Assembly (NCBI GenBank): GCA_902598305.1
Contig: CACKBL010000009.1
Location: forward strand, 23,279-87,278
Direction: 5' to 3'
From: an uncultured Bacteroidota bacterium
GTDB lineage: Bacteria > Bacteroidota > Bacteroidia > Flavobacteriales > Flavobacteriaceae
DNA length: 64,000 bases
The position numbers and the translations under genes are program-made. Shown piece after piece: positions 41,486 through 50,280 of this stretch (the first letter of the stretch is position 1; each line of letters starts with the position of its first letter). The notes under the pieces were generated by a model. That model was not told where the DNA came from and made no database searches. It was given only the letters and a program-made list of their open reading frames with translations.

Positions 41486-43096
41486 ATGAATAAATTTATA
41501 ACAACAATACTTAATTTAAGTATTCTAACGTTCATATTCTCCTGTACCGATTTGGACGAGGATTTAAGAGGTGTGATTACCACAGACATTAGTGTTGAGG
41601 GAATTGCAACTGATGACGGAGGAAGTGGAGGAGGAGATGTTCTTGGTGGAGCATATGCTGGTTTACGTGGTACTGGAACAGGTGGCCACACTAACTGGTA
41701 TTCTGCACAGGAGCTGACTTCTGATGAGATGGTGGTTACCACCAAAGGTGGAGACTGGTATGATGGAGGCTGGTTAATTGATTTCCATCAACACAATTAT
41801 AAGAACACTAATCCTAGTGTAAATAACAATTGGAACAGTCACTATGGTGCAGTTGCTACTACTAATGAGCTACTAGCTTCTGGGCTAGATGCTAACGGCA
41901 CGGCGCAAATGTTAGCGTTAAGAGCTTATTTCTTTTGGAGATTGATGGATATGTACGGTAGTATTAAATTACCATTATCTCCAGGACAAGATGCCACTCA
42001 GGTGTCTAGGACTGAAGCCTTTAACCAAATTGAGAAGGATTTATTAGCCTCATTAGGTATAAGTGCTGTTAATTCATCAATGGATTTAAGTGGTAGTGCC
42101 CTTGGTACTGACAAAAATGCTTATAGAATTAACCAATTTGGTGCTTTAGGTATACTTGCAAAACTTTACTTAAATGCAGAAGTTTATACTGGAACTCCAA
42201 GATATCAAGAAGCTCACGACGCTGCTGACTACATTATTAACAATGGAGGATACACGCTTTGTGGTGTAGGTTGTAAAGTATCTAATTTAGGAAAGCGTCC
42301 TAAGGTTGCAGAAGATCCAGAAGAATTAGAAGGTTTTGCTGCAGTATTTGCTCCTAACAACGCCGGTAATCCAGAGCACATCTGGACTGTAAACTATGAG
42401 GCTGGAGTAAATGGTGGATTTAACTTAGCTATGATGGCTCTTCATTATTCAAGTCAATTGACATGGAATTTTGATTCTCAGCCATGGAATGGTTATTCAA
42501 CACTTGAAGCATTCTATAATTCTTTTGGTGCTAATGATGCTCGTAAAAAAGCAAGCTTTATTGCAGGACCACAGCTAGATTACGGTGGTAACACTCTTCT
42601 AGACTATGCAACTGACGATGGTGAACCAGCGTTAAATTATACTCCATATATAAATGAAATTTTCCCTGATGGATGTAGAGAATGCGGTGCAAGACCTGGT
42701 AAGTTCAGCTACAGACAGTTTGGAAGACCTGATATGGATAATGACTTTACTCTTTTAAGATTGGGTCAGATTTACTTAATCAGAGCTGAAGCTGCTGCTA
42801 GAGTTGGCGGTGGTTGGGATGGAGCTGCTGCTCTTGCTGATACAAATATTATCAGAAATAGAGCTAATGCAGGCGCTTACACTGCTGCTGAACTTACAGA
42901 AGATGAGTTCTTGGCTGAAAGAGGTAGAGAAATGTTCTCTGAAGCCGTTAGAAGAACGGATTTGATAAGATTTGGAAAATATAATGGTGCATGGTGGGAA
43001 AAATCCGCTTCTGAATCATATAAAAACATTTTCCCTATTCCGTTTGATGCCATCCAAGCAGCAAATGGTACTTTAAAGCAAAATCCAGGATACTAG
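41486..43096 (+). CDS. SusD/RagB-family outer-membrane lipoprotein
   Basis: Lipoprotein signal MNKFITTILNLSILTFIFSC followed by an acidic TDLDED. SusD-like helical blocks (LRAYFFWRLMDMYGSI, LLRLGQIYLIRAEAAAR), ending QNPGY. The open frame extends upstream to 41450. Confidence 0.85.
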   Translation: MNKFITTILNLSILTFIFSCTDLDEDLRGVITTDISVEGIATDDGGSGGGDVLGGAYAGLRGTGTGGHTNWYSAQELTSDEMVVTTKGGDWYDGGWLIDFHQHNYKNTNPSVNNNWNSHYGAVATTNELLASGLDANGTAQMLALRAYFFWRLMDMYGSIKLPLSPGQDATQVSRTEAFNQIEKDLLASLGISAVNSSMDLSGSALGTDKNAYRINQFGALGILAKLYLNAEVYTGTPRYQEAHDAADYIINNGGYTLCGVGCKVSNLGKRPKVAEDPEELEGFAAVFAPNNAGNPEHIWTVNYEAGVNGGFNLAMMALHYSSQLTWNFDSQPWNGYSTLEAFYNSFGANDARKKASFIAGPQLDYGGNTLLDYATDDGEPALNYTPYINEIFPDGCRECGARPGKFSYRQFGRPDMDNDFTLLRLGQIYLIRAEAAARVGGGWDGAAALADTNIIRNRANAGAYTAAELTEDEFLAERGREMFSEAVRRTDLIRFGKYNGAWWEKSASESYKNIFPIPFDAIQAANGTLKQNPGY

Positions 43097-43120
43097 AATC
43101 AATTTATTTGATTAAAAAAA

Positions 43121-43147
43121 GGCTTCCCTATTGGGGGGCCTTTTTTA
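43121..43147 (+). terminator. Rho-independent terminator after the SusC/SusD pair
   Basis: GGCTTCCC (43121-43128), loop TATT, GGGGGGCC (43133-43140). The 8-bp stem includes two G:U pairs. It is flanked by an A7 run upstream and a T6 run downstream. Confidence 0.6.
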
Positions 43148-43190
43148 TTTGAAACCATAACTTTAAATTTACTTTAAATATTAAATAGCT

Positions 43191-46100
43191 TTGATTAGAA
43201 TATTTATAAAGCTGTTATACAGTTTGCCTTTTGTTTTTCTTTCATGTGATGATAAATATGGAGAAAGATTTATTCGGTTTGAAGAAGAATCAGGATTGAT
43301 TTTTGAAAATAATCTTGAATACACCGAAAATTTAAATCCTTACACTTACAGAAATTTTTATAATGGTGGAGGAGTTGCTTTAGGAGATATAAACAACGAT
43401 GGTTTAATAGATGTTTATTTTACAGGAAATATCGTTGATAATAAATTATTTTTAAATAAAGGAAATTTTAAATTCGAAGATATTACTCCTACAGCTGGAG
43501 TTGCTTGTTCTAATGTCTGGTCAACTGGTGCGACCTTCGCAGATATAAATGGGGATGGTTTTTTAGATATCTATGTATGTAAGTCTGGACCCCCAGGTGG
43601 TAAAAATAGAAACAACGAACTTTTTATTAACAACGGTGATTTAACTTTCACAGAAAAATCAAAAGAATACAATTTAAATCTAACAGGTTTATCAGTTCAC
43701 TCTGCTTTTTTTGACTATGATAAAGACGGTGATTTGGACTGTTATATTTTAAATAATTCATTTAGAAACGTTGGAGGTTACGACTTAGTTGAAGATCAGA
43801 GAAAAATTCCTGATCCAGATGGTCAGGGGAATAAATTTTTTGAAAATGTGGGAAACAAATTTATCGATGTAACACAAAAAGCAAATATTTTTTCAAGTAA
43901 TATTGGATTTGGTTTAGGTATAACCCTAAGTGATTATAACAATGACGGTTGGACTGATTTGTTTATTTCTAATGACTTTTTTGAGAAGGATTATTTGTAT
44001 ATAAATAATAAGGACAAAACCTTTTCTGAAAAATCCACCAAATATTTTAAATCTATGTCACTTGGTTCTATGGGAGCTGATTCAGCAGACTTAGATAATG
44101 ATTTACTTACTGATTTATTTGTGACAGAAATGCTTCCGAAATCTTTGAAAAGAAGAAAGACAAAAGCGGTTTACGATTCTTGGGACAAACATCAACTAGC
44201 TGTATCAAAAGGTTACTATTATCAGTATCCAAGAAATGTTCTTCAAAGAAATTACGGAAATTCTGGATTTTTTGAAATAGGAAGATATTCTAACCTAGCT
44301 GCAACTGAATGGAGTTGGGCATCAATGATTTTTGATATGAACAATGATGGTCTAAGAGATATTTTCATTGCAAACGGTATATTCAAAGATCTTCTAGACA
44401 GAGATTATCTCGCTTATATGGCTAATAAGCAAAGGATTTCGAATTTAATGAAGTCAGGTGGTGAAGTTATTAAAAAGCTAATCGATATTATGCCATCTAA
44501 GGCTGTTAAAAACAATGTATATAGAAACGATGGTGATTTTGATTTTACTGAATTTACCGATCAGTGGGGATTTGATTCTCCAAGTTTTAGCAACGGAATG
44601 GCTTATGGAGATCTTGACAACGATGGTGATCAAGATATAGTTATCAATAATGTAAATATGAAATCTTTTGTCTACAATAATCAAAATGACAATGAAAGTT
44701 CAAAAAGTATATCATTTAATCTTAAAGGGGTTGATAAAAACAGAAACGCTATAGGCGCAAAACTCATAATTTACTATGGAGAAGCGAAATCTAGCATGTC
44801 TGAACATTTTCCCTCAAGAGGTTTTCAATCTTCAATTTCAAATAAAATTCACTTCGGTGTAGGTGACATTGACAAGGTAGACAGCTTAATAGTTTACTGG
44901 CCAAATGAAGAAATTTCAAAATTATATGATTTAAAAACAAATAAAACTTACAATGTTGATCAACAAGTGGAAAAGAGGTTCACTAAATTGAACAGACCAA
45001 AAGATAAAAAGAAAAATAAATTAAATGAAATTGATATTTTAAACCACTCACACACAGAAAACAAATTTATTGATTTTAACAAAGAAAGACTTATTCCTCA
45101 AATGTTTAGCAACGAAGGCCCTCCAATTATCTCGAGTGATTTAAATGGTGATAATGTTCCAGATTTTTTTGTGGGATCTTCTAAAAACCAAATATCTTCA
45201 CTTTTTCTATCCGATGATTTATCTTATAAAGAAATAATAAAACCATTTAAAAATCACAAAAATTCAGAAGACATTGATGCTGTTTTCTTTGACAGTGACA
45301 ATGATGGTGACAAAGATCTTTATGTGTCCTCCGGAGGAAAATCTTTTTCTAGATACGATAGTAATCTAGATGACAGACTTTATATTAACGAGGGAAATGG
45401 AAATTTTAAAGTTTCTAACTCCTCTATTTCTTTTGATAAACCCTTTTCAACAGGTGCAGTTGCTATTGGGGATTATAACAATGACTCATTGTTAGATATT
45501 TTTGTGGGAGAGCGATATGATGTAGATAGTTATGGCATTCCAGTATCTGGAAGACTTTATAAAAATATCGGAGGTAATAAATATGAATTTGTAAAAATTA
45601 AATCCTTTGATGACTTAGGTCTTATTAAATCTGCTAGATGGATAGATTTAAACTCCGATAATAATTTAGACTTAATTGTTTCAGGTGAGTGGATGCCAAT
45701 TAAAATATTTATAAATATCAATGGAGACTTCATTGACAAAACTAAAGAATACGGTTTAGAAAAATCAAATGGATTGTGGAGTGATATAGAAGTATCCGAT
45801 ATTGATAATGACGGTGACGTTGACTTGGTTGCGGCAAATTTTGGTCAAAATAATTTCTATAAACCCAATATGAAAATGTTTGTTAATGATTTTGATTTAA
45901 ATGGATTTAAAGAGCAAATAATATGCTACGAAATAGATGGGAAAAATTATCCAATTTTAGATAAAGACGAGTTAGTAGCACAGCTGCCTGGAATAAAGAA
46001 AAAAATTGTCTACTACGAAGATTACGCTAATCTAAGCGTAGACCAGATTTTTGGCCAAGAAACTATTGAAAATTCAGTAGTGTTAAATTTAAATATTTTA

Positions 46101-46454
46101 CAGTCTTCAGTTTTTGTAAACAATAATGGAAAATTTGAACAAACTTCTATGCCTCCAGAAGTTAATTATTCATCCATGTATGATATTGAAATAGTTGAGA
46201 AATACAAAAGAGGTATAAAAATCGTCATGGGAGGTAATCAGTACAATATCAAACCTCAATTTGGAAGACAGGACGCTTCAAAAGGATATTTTTTAAATAT
46301 AGAAATTTCAAATGATTCAATATCTTATTCAAATTTAGAATCACTAAATATTGACGGTCAAATACGTAATTTTGAAATCTTTAATTTAAAAAACGCGAAA
46401 GCAATAGCAGTAGGAATTAACAATGAAAAAACTAAATTTTTTAAATTTGAATAG
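43191..46454 (+). CDS. FG-GAP/VCBS-repeat + ASPIC/UnbV (CRTAC1-like) giant lipoprotein, paralog 1
   Basis: Lipobox FVFLSC followed by DD. Many Ca-binding-type D-x-D-x-DG blade motifs (GDINNDGLID, ADINGDGFLD, FDYDKDGDLD, GDLDNDGDQD, SDIDNDGDVD). ASPIC/UnbV-like block NRNAIGAKLIIYYG...SRGFQSS. Apparent TTG start. Confidence 0.85.
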   Translation: MIRIFIKLLYSLPFVFLSCDDKYGERFIRFEEESGLIFENNLEYTENLNPYTYRNFYNGGGVALGDINNDGLIDVYFTGNIVDNKLFLNKGNFKFEDITPTAGVACSNVWSTGATFADINGDGFLDIYVCKSGPPGGKNRNNELFINNGDLTFTEKSKEYNLNLTGLSVHSAFFDYDKDGDLDCYILNNSFRNVGGYDLVEDQRKIPDPDGQGNKFFENVGNKFIDVTQKANIFSSNIGFGLGITLSDYNNDGWTDLFISNDFFEKDYLYINNKDKTFSEKSTKYFKSMSLGSMGADSADLDNDLLTDLFVTEMLPKSLKRRKTKAVYDSWDKHQLAVSKGYYYQYPRNVLQRNYGNSGFFEIGRYSNLAATEWSWASMIFDMNNDGLRDIFIANGIFKDLLDRDYLAYMANKQRISNLMKSGGEVIKKLIDIMPSKAVKNNVYRNDGDFDFTEFTDQWGFDSPSFSNGMAYGDLDNDGDQDIVINNVNMKSFVYNNQNDNESSKSISFNLKGVDKNRNAIGAKLIIYYGEAKSSMSEHFPSRGFQSSISNKIHFGVGDIDKVDSLIVYWPNEEISKLYDLKTNKTYNVDQQVEKRFTKLNRPKDKKKNKLNEIDILNHSHTENKFIDFNKERLIPQMFSNEGPPIISSDLNGDNVPDFFVGSSKNQISSLFLSDDLSYKEIIKPFKNHKNSEDIDAVFFDSDNDGDKDLYVSSGGKSFSRYDSNLDDRLYINEGNGNFKVSNSSISFDKPFSTGAVAIGDYNNDSLLDIFVGERYDVDSYGIPVSGRLYKNIGGNKYEFVKIKSFDDLGLIKSARWIDLNSDNNLDLIVSGEWMPIKIFININGDFIDKTKEYGLEKSNGLWSDIEVSDIDNDGDVDLVAANFGQNNFYKPNMKMFVNDFDLNGFKEQIICYEIDGKNYPILDKDELVAQLPGIKKKIVYYEDYANLSVDQIFGQETIENSVVLNLNILQSSVFVNNNGKFEQTSMPPEVNYSSMYDIEIVEKYKRGIKIVMGGNQYNIKPQFGRQDASKGYFLNIEISNDSISYSNLESLNIDGQIRNFEIFNLKNAKAIAVGINNEKTKFFKFE

Positions 46455-47016
46455 AATATTTTTTATAATAATAAATTTGATTTTAATTGTTGGTTGTCAA
46501 AAAAAATCCGAGTATTCAACAATATTAACAAGGGAATTAGAAAAGAAAAATGAGTTTAACGACTTGATTTTTGACATGAAAATTGGACAATCAAGGCAAG
46601 ACTATTTTGATATTTGTTATCAACTTAACAAACAAAAAAAGATAATTTCAGGTGAAAGAAGTTTAAATCCAGAGTTAATTCTCAAATCGAAAAACGGTTC
46701 AACAAAAGGGAGTAATATTAAAATGTCATTTAATGGAATTTTTAATGAAAAAAAAACAATGAGAGGTTTTGAAATGAGATTTTATTTTACTGGATGGTCA
46801 AATTGGAATAAAGATTTATCCTCTGAAAATCTTCTATTTCAGTTGAAAGATACACTAAGGAAATGGTTTCCGGGGAATGATTTTTTTAAAGTTAACTTTG
46901 AAAATAATCTTTCTGCTGAAGTAAAAATTGATGGTAACAGGAGAATTTTAGCCTACAAAGTTAACTCCAAGGACGTAGCAGTAAGAATTGAAGATATGAG
47001 TGGTAAATATGATTAA
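46423..47016 (+). CDS. Hypothetical small lipoprotein embedded in the paralog array
   Basis: Lipoprotein signal IIINLILIVGC. 197 aa. Overlaps the upstream gene by 32 nt and the downstream ATG (47009) by 8 nt. Confidence 0.6.
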   Translation: MKKLNFLNLNRIFFIIINLILIVGCQKKSEYSTILTRELEKKNEFNDLIFDMKIGQSRQDYFDICYQLNKQKKIISGERSLNPELILKSKNGSTKGSNIKMSFNGIFNEKKTMRGFEMRFYFTGWSNWNKDLSSENLLFQLKDTLRKWFPGNDFFKVNFENNLSAEVKIDGNRRILAYKVNSKDVAVRIEDMSGKYD

Positions 47017-50000
47017 TTTACGTTTTATTTTTCTGGTTCTTTTTTTGTTTTTGATATCATGTCAAAACAACGATAATCTTTTCGAATTAAAAGATAATAG
47101 GAAGCTGGGAATAAGTTTTTCAAATAATTTAGGTTTTGACAATGATTTTAATGTCTACAAGTATAGAAACTTTTACAATGGTGGAGGGGTAGCGTTAGGA
47201 GATATTAATAATGATGGTTTAATCGATCTTTATTTGACATCAAATCAAAATAAAAACAAACTCTATCTAAATAAGGGAAATTTTACTTTTGAGGACATCA
47301 CAGATTCAGCTAACGTTGGGGGTACTAAGGCTTGGTCAACTGGAGTTACCATGGTGGACATCAATTCTGATGGTCTTTTGGATATTTATGTGTGTAATTC
47401 TGGTGATATAAAAGGAGATAACAAGCAAAATGAACTTTTTGTAAACAATGGAGATTTAACTTTTATTGAATCTGCATCAAATTATAATCTTGATGACAAA
47501 GGATATTCCACACATGCAAGTTTTTTCGATTACGATAAAGATGGAGACTTAGACGTTTATATTTTAAATAATTCTTATCAAGCCATAGGTTCATTTAACC
47601 TAACTAAAAATGAAAGGCCGAAAAGAGACTTACTTGGTGGAGATAAATTAATGGAAAACGTTGATGGGGTTTTTAAAGATGTTAGTGAAAAGTCAAATAT
47701 TTTTGGAAGCGTAATTGGTTTTGGTTTAGGAGTTACAGTTGGGGATACAAATGGAGATGGTTGGGAGGATATTTTTGTGAGTAATGATTTCTTTGAGAGG
47801 GACTATCTCTATATTAATAATAAGGATGGAACTTTCACCGAAGATCTAACTAACCAAATGAAGTCTATAAGTGGTGCGTCCATGGGTGCCGACCTTGCAG
47901 ACATTGATAATGACGGTTTCAATGATATTTTTGTAACGGAGATGCTTCCTTCAAAATATGAAAGACTAAAATCGGTTACCACTTTCGAAGATTGGAATAA
48001 ATACCAATATGTTGTAAAAAATGGATATTATCACCAATTCACAAGGAATGTTTTGCATTTAAACAACGGAAACCAAACATTTAGTGAAATAGGAAGGTTC
48101 GCTGGAGTCGAGGCCTCGGATTGGAGTTGGGGAGCATTATTTTTTGATATGGAAAATGACGGATATAAAGATTTATTTATTGCAAATGGAATCTTTAAAG
48201 ACCTCACTGACCAAGACTATTTGCAATACATATCTAACGATGAAGTTGTAAAGTCAATTGTAATGAATAATGAAGTTGATTACAAAAGGTTAATTGAAAT
48301 AATCCCATCAGAAAAAGTACCGAATCATGCCTATAAAAATCTCAACGGTATTAATTTCAGTTCTTATACAAATTCAGGTTTAGATTTACCAAGTTTTTCT
48401 AATGGATCAGCCTATGGTGATTTAGATAACGATGGCGATTTAGATTTAATTGTAAATAATGTAAACATGCCTCTTTTTGTTTTTGAAAATAAAAACAAAA
48501 GCAAAAATAATTATATAAAACTTGAACTAAAGGGACTCTATAATAACGTAAATGCAATAGGCACCAAAATTATTGTAAAAACCAAAAATGGCATACAAAT
48601 TCAAGAGGTACAGCCCGCAAGAGGCTTTCAATCAACAGTAGATATAAGACCAAATTTTGGATTAGGTGATGCCACAAATGTAGATATAGAAGTTATTTGG
48701 CCTTATGGTAAGAAAACTTTTTTAAAAAATACCAAAGTGAATCAAACTATTTCACTTAATGAAAAAGATGCAATCGAATTTTCAGAAGAATTAACAAATA
48801 ATAAAGCAACTAAACCCCTATTTCAAAAAAATAAAATAAAACCCAATATCGTTCATAAGGAAAGTAATTTCGTAGATTTTAACAGAGAAAGACTTATTTA
48901 CCATATGTGTAGTAGCGAAGGTCCAAAAATAACCAAAGGAGACATCAATGGGGATAATGAAGAAGATATCTTAATTTCCTCTTCAAAAGGGAACACCACT
49001 CAAATATTAATAAAAGATGGGTCTGATTATTATATAGATAAAAAAAACAAAAAATTATTCGATGATTTGAGGGATGTTGAAAATTCGGAAATCATACCTT
49101 TTGATGCAGATAATGATGGAGATTTAGATTTATACTATTCAAGTGGTAGTGTAGAGCACTCAAGATATTCTCAGACATTATATGATAGACTATTATTAAA
49201 TAATGGTAAGGGTGAGTTTATAGATTCAAATCAAAGTTTACCAGATATAAATAGTAAGATTAGTACCGGTGCTGTCATATCTGGTGATATTGATAACGAT
49301 GGAGATTTAGATTTATTTGTTGGTGAAAGGGTGAAAATAGGAAGTTATGGCTCACCTGGATCTGGTTTTATTTTGGTGAATGATGGGAATGGAAATTTTA
49401 CAAATCAAACCAAAAAAATAGCTCCAAACCTAATAAATATAGGAATGATTACTGATGCTTCATTTGAAGATATTGACACAGATGGCAACTTAGATCTTAT
49501 TGTGGTGGGAGAATACATGGGAATCAATATTTTTAAAAATGAAGGGTCACGATTCAATCCAATTCAAAATAAAATTTTAGATGAGAAAGGATGGTGGAAT
49601 GAAATTCATATTTCTGACTTAAATAATGACGGTAAAATTGATTTGATTGTTGGCAACCACGGCTTAAATTCAAGATTTAATGCTAGCAAGTCTAGACCAT
49701 TAAAGCTATATTTTAATGACTTTGATAAAAATGGTTTTGGAGAAGGAATTATTTGTTTTGAGGCCGAAAACGGAAAAGATTACCCTTACGCATTACGTCA
49801 TGATTTGATAGATCAAATTAAAAGTTTAAAGAAAAAATTTCCCGATTACGAATCTTTTAAAAACGCAGACATATCTAAAATTTTTGATGAAAAAATCCTC
49901 AATGAGTCGGATATACTTATTACAAACACATTAGAAACTTCTATATACATAAACAAAGAGGGGTTTGAATTTGAGAAAATTAATATTCCAAGCGAAGTAC

Positions 50001-50278
50001 AATTTAGTCCTGTTTACTCAATTAATAGTCATGATTTCGATGGTGATGGAGACGAAGATATTCTACTAGGCGGAAATTTATATGACGTAAAACCAGAAGT
50101 TGGTATTTATGATGCTTCTTATGGACTATACTTAGAAAATTTAGGTAATCTAAAATTCAAGTATCATAAAGATGGAAACGGTTTTTTTGTAAAAGGAGAA
50201 ATTAGAGATCTTTTAATCTCTGATAAAAATATTTTTGTTTCTAAAAATAACGACAAAATGGAAGTATTTAAATTTTAA
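47009..50278 (+). CDS. FG-GAP/VCBS-repeat + ASPIC/UnbV giant lipoprotein, paralog 2
   Basis: Lipobox FLFLISC. Same blade motifs as paralog 1 (GDINNDGLID, VDINSDGLLD, FDYDKDGDLD, GDLDNDGDLD). ASPIC block NVNAIGTKIIVKT...ARGFQST. The frame is also open from a GTG at 47000. Confidence 0.85.
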   Translation: MINLRFIFLVLFLFLISCQNNDNLFELKDNRKLGISFSNNLGFDNDFNVYKYRNFYNGGGVALGDINNDGLIDLYLTSNQNKNKLYLNKGNFTFEDITDSANVGGTKAWSTGVTMVDINSDGLLDIYVCNSGDIKGDNKQNELFVNNGDLTFIESASNYNLDDKGYSTHASFFDYDKDGDLDVYILNNSYQAIGSFNLTKNERPKRDLLGGDKLMENVDGVFKDVSEKSNIFGSVIGFGLGVTVGDTNGDGWEDIFVSNDFFERDYLYINNKDGTFTEDLTNQMKSISGASMGADLADIDNDGFNDIFVTEMLPSKYERLKSVTTFEDWNKYQYVVKNGYYHQFTRNVLHLNNGNQTFSEIGRFAGVEASDWSWGALFFDMENDGYKDLFIANGIFKDLTDQDYLQYISNDEVVKSIVMNNEVDYKRLIEIIPSEKVPNHAYKNLNGINFSSYTNSGLDLPSFSNGSAYGDLDNDGDLDLIVNNVNMPLFVFENKNKSKNNYIKLELKGLYNNVNAIGTKIIVKTKNGIQIQEVQPARGFQSTVDIRPNFGLGDATNVDIEVIWPYGKKTFLKNTKVNQTISLNEKDAIEFSEELTNNKATKPLFQKNKIKPNIVHKESNFVDFNRERLIYHMCSSEGPKITKGDINGDNEEDILISSSKGNTTQILIKDGSDYYIDKKNKKLFDDLRDVENSEIIPFDADNDGDLDLYYSSGSVEHSRYSQTLYDRLLLNNGKGEFIDSNQSLPDINSKISTGAVISGDIDNDGDLDLFVGERVKIGSYGSPGSGFILVNDGNGNFTNQTKKIAPNLINIGMITDASFEDIDTDGNLDLIVVGEYMGINIFKNEGSRFNPIQNKILDEKGWWNEIHISDLNNDGKIDLIVGNHGLNSRFNASKSRPLKLYFNDFDKNGFGEGIICFEAENGKDYPYALRHDLIDQIKSLKKKFPDYESFKNADISKIFDEKILNESDILITNTLETSIYINKEGFEFEKINIPSEVQFSPVYSINSHDFDGDGDEDILLGGNLYDVKPEVGIYDASYGLYLENLGNLKFKYHKDGNGFFVKGEIRDLLISDKNIFVSKNNDKMEVFKF

Positions 50279-50280
50279 AG

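Noticed and set aside
41446-41745. 99-aa minus-strand ORF with a proline-rich stretch (PPVPVPRKPAYAPPRTSPPPLPPSS), plus neighbouring antisense ORFs 38539..38736, 41089..41283 and 41232..41420.
   Set aside because: These are shadow ORFs antisense to the relatively GC-rich SusC/SusD genes. The Pro-rich run is simply the reverse complement of the Gly-rich GGSGGGDVLGGAYAGLRGTGTGG segment of SusD.
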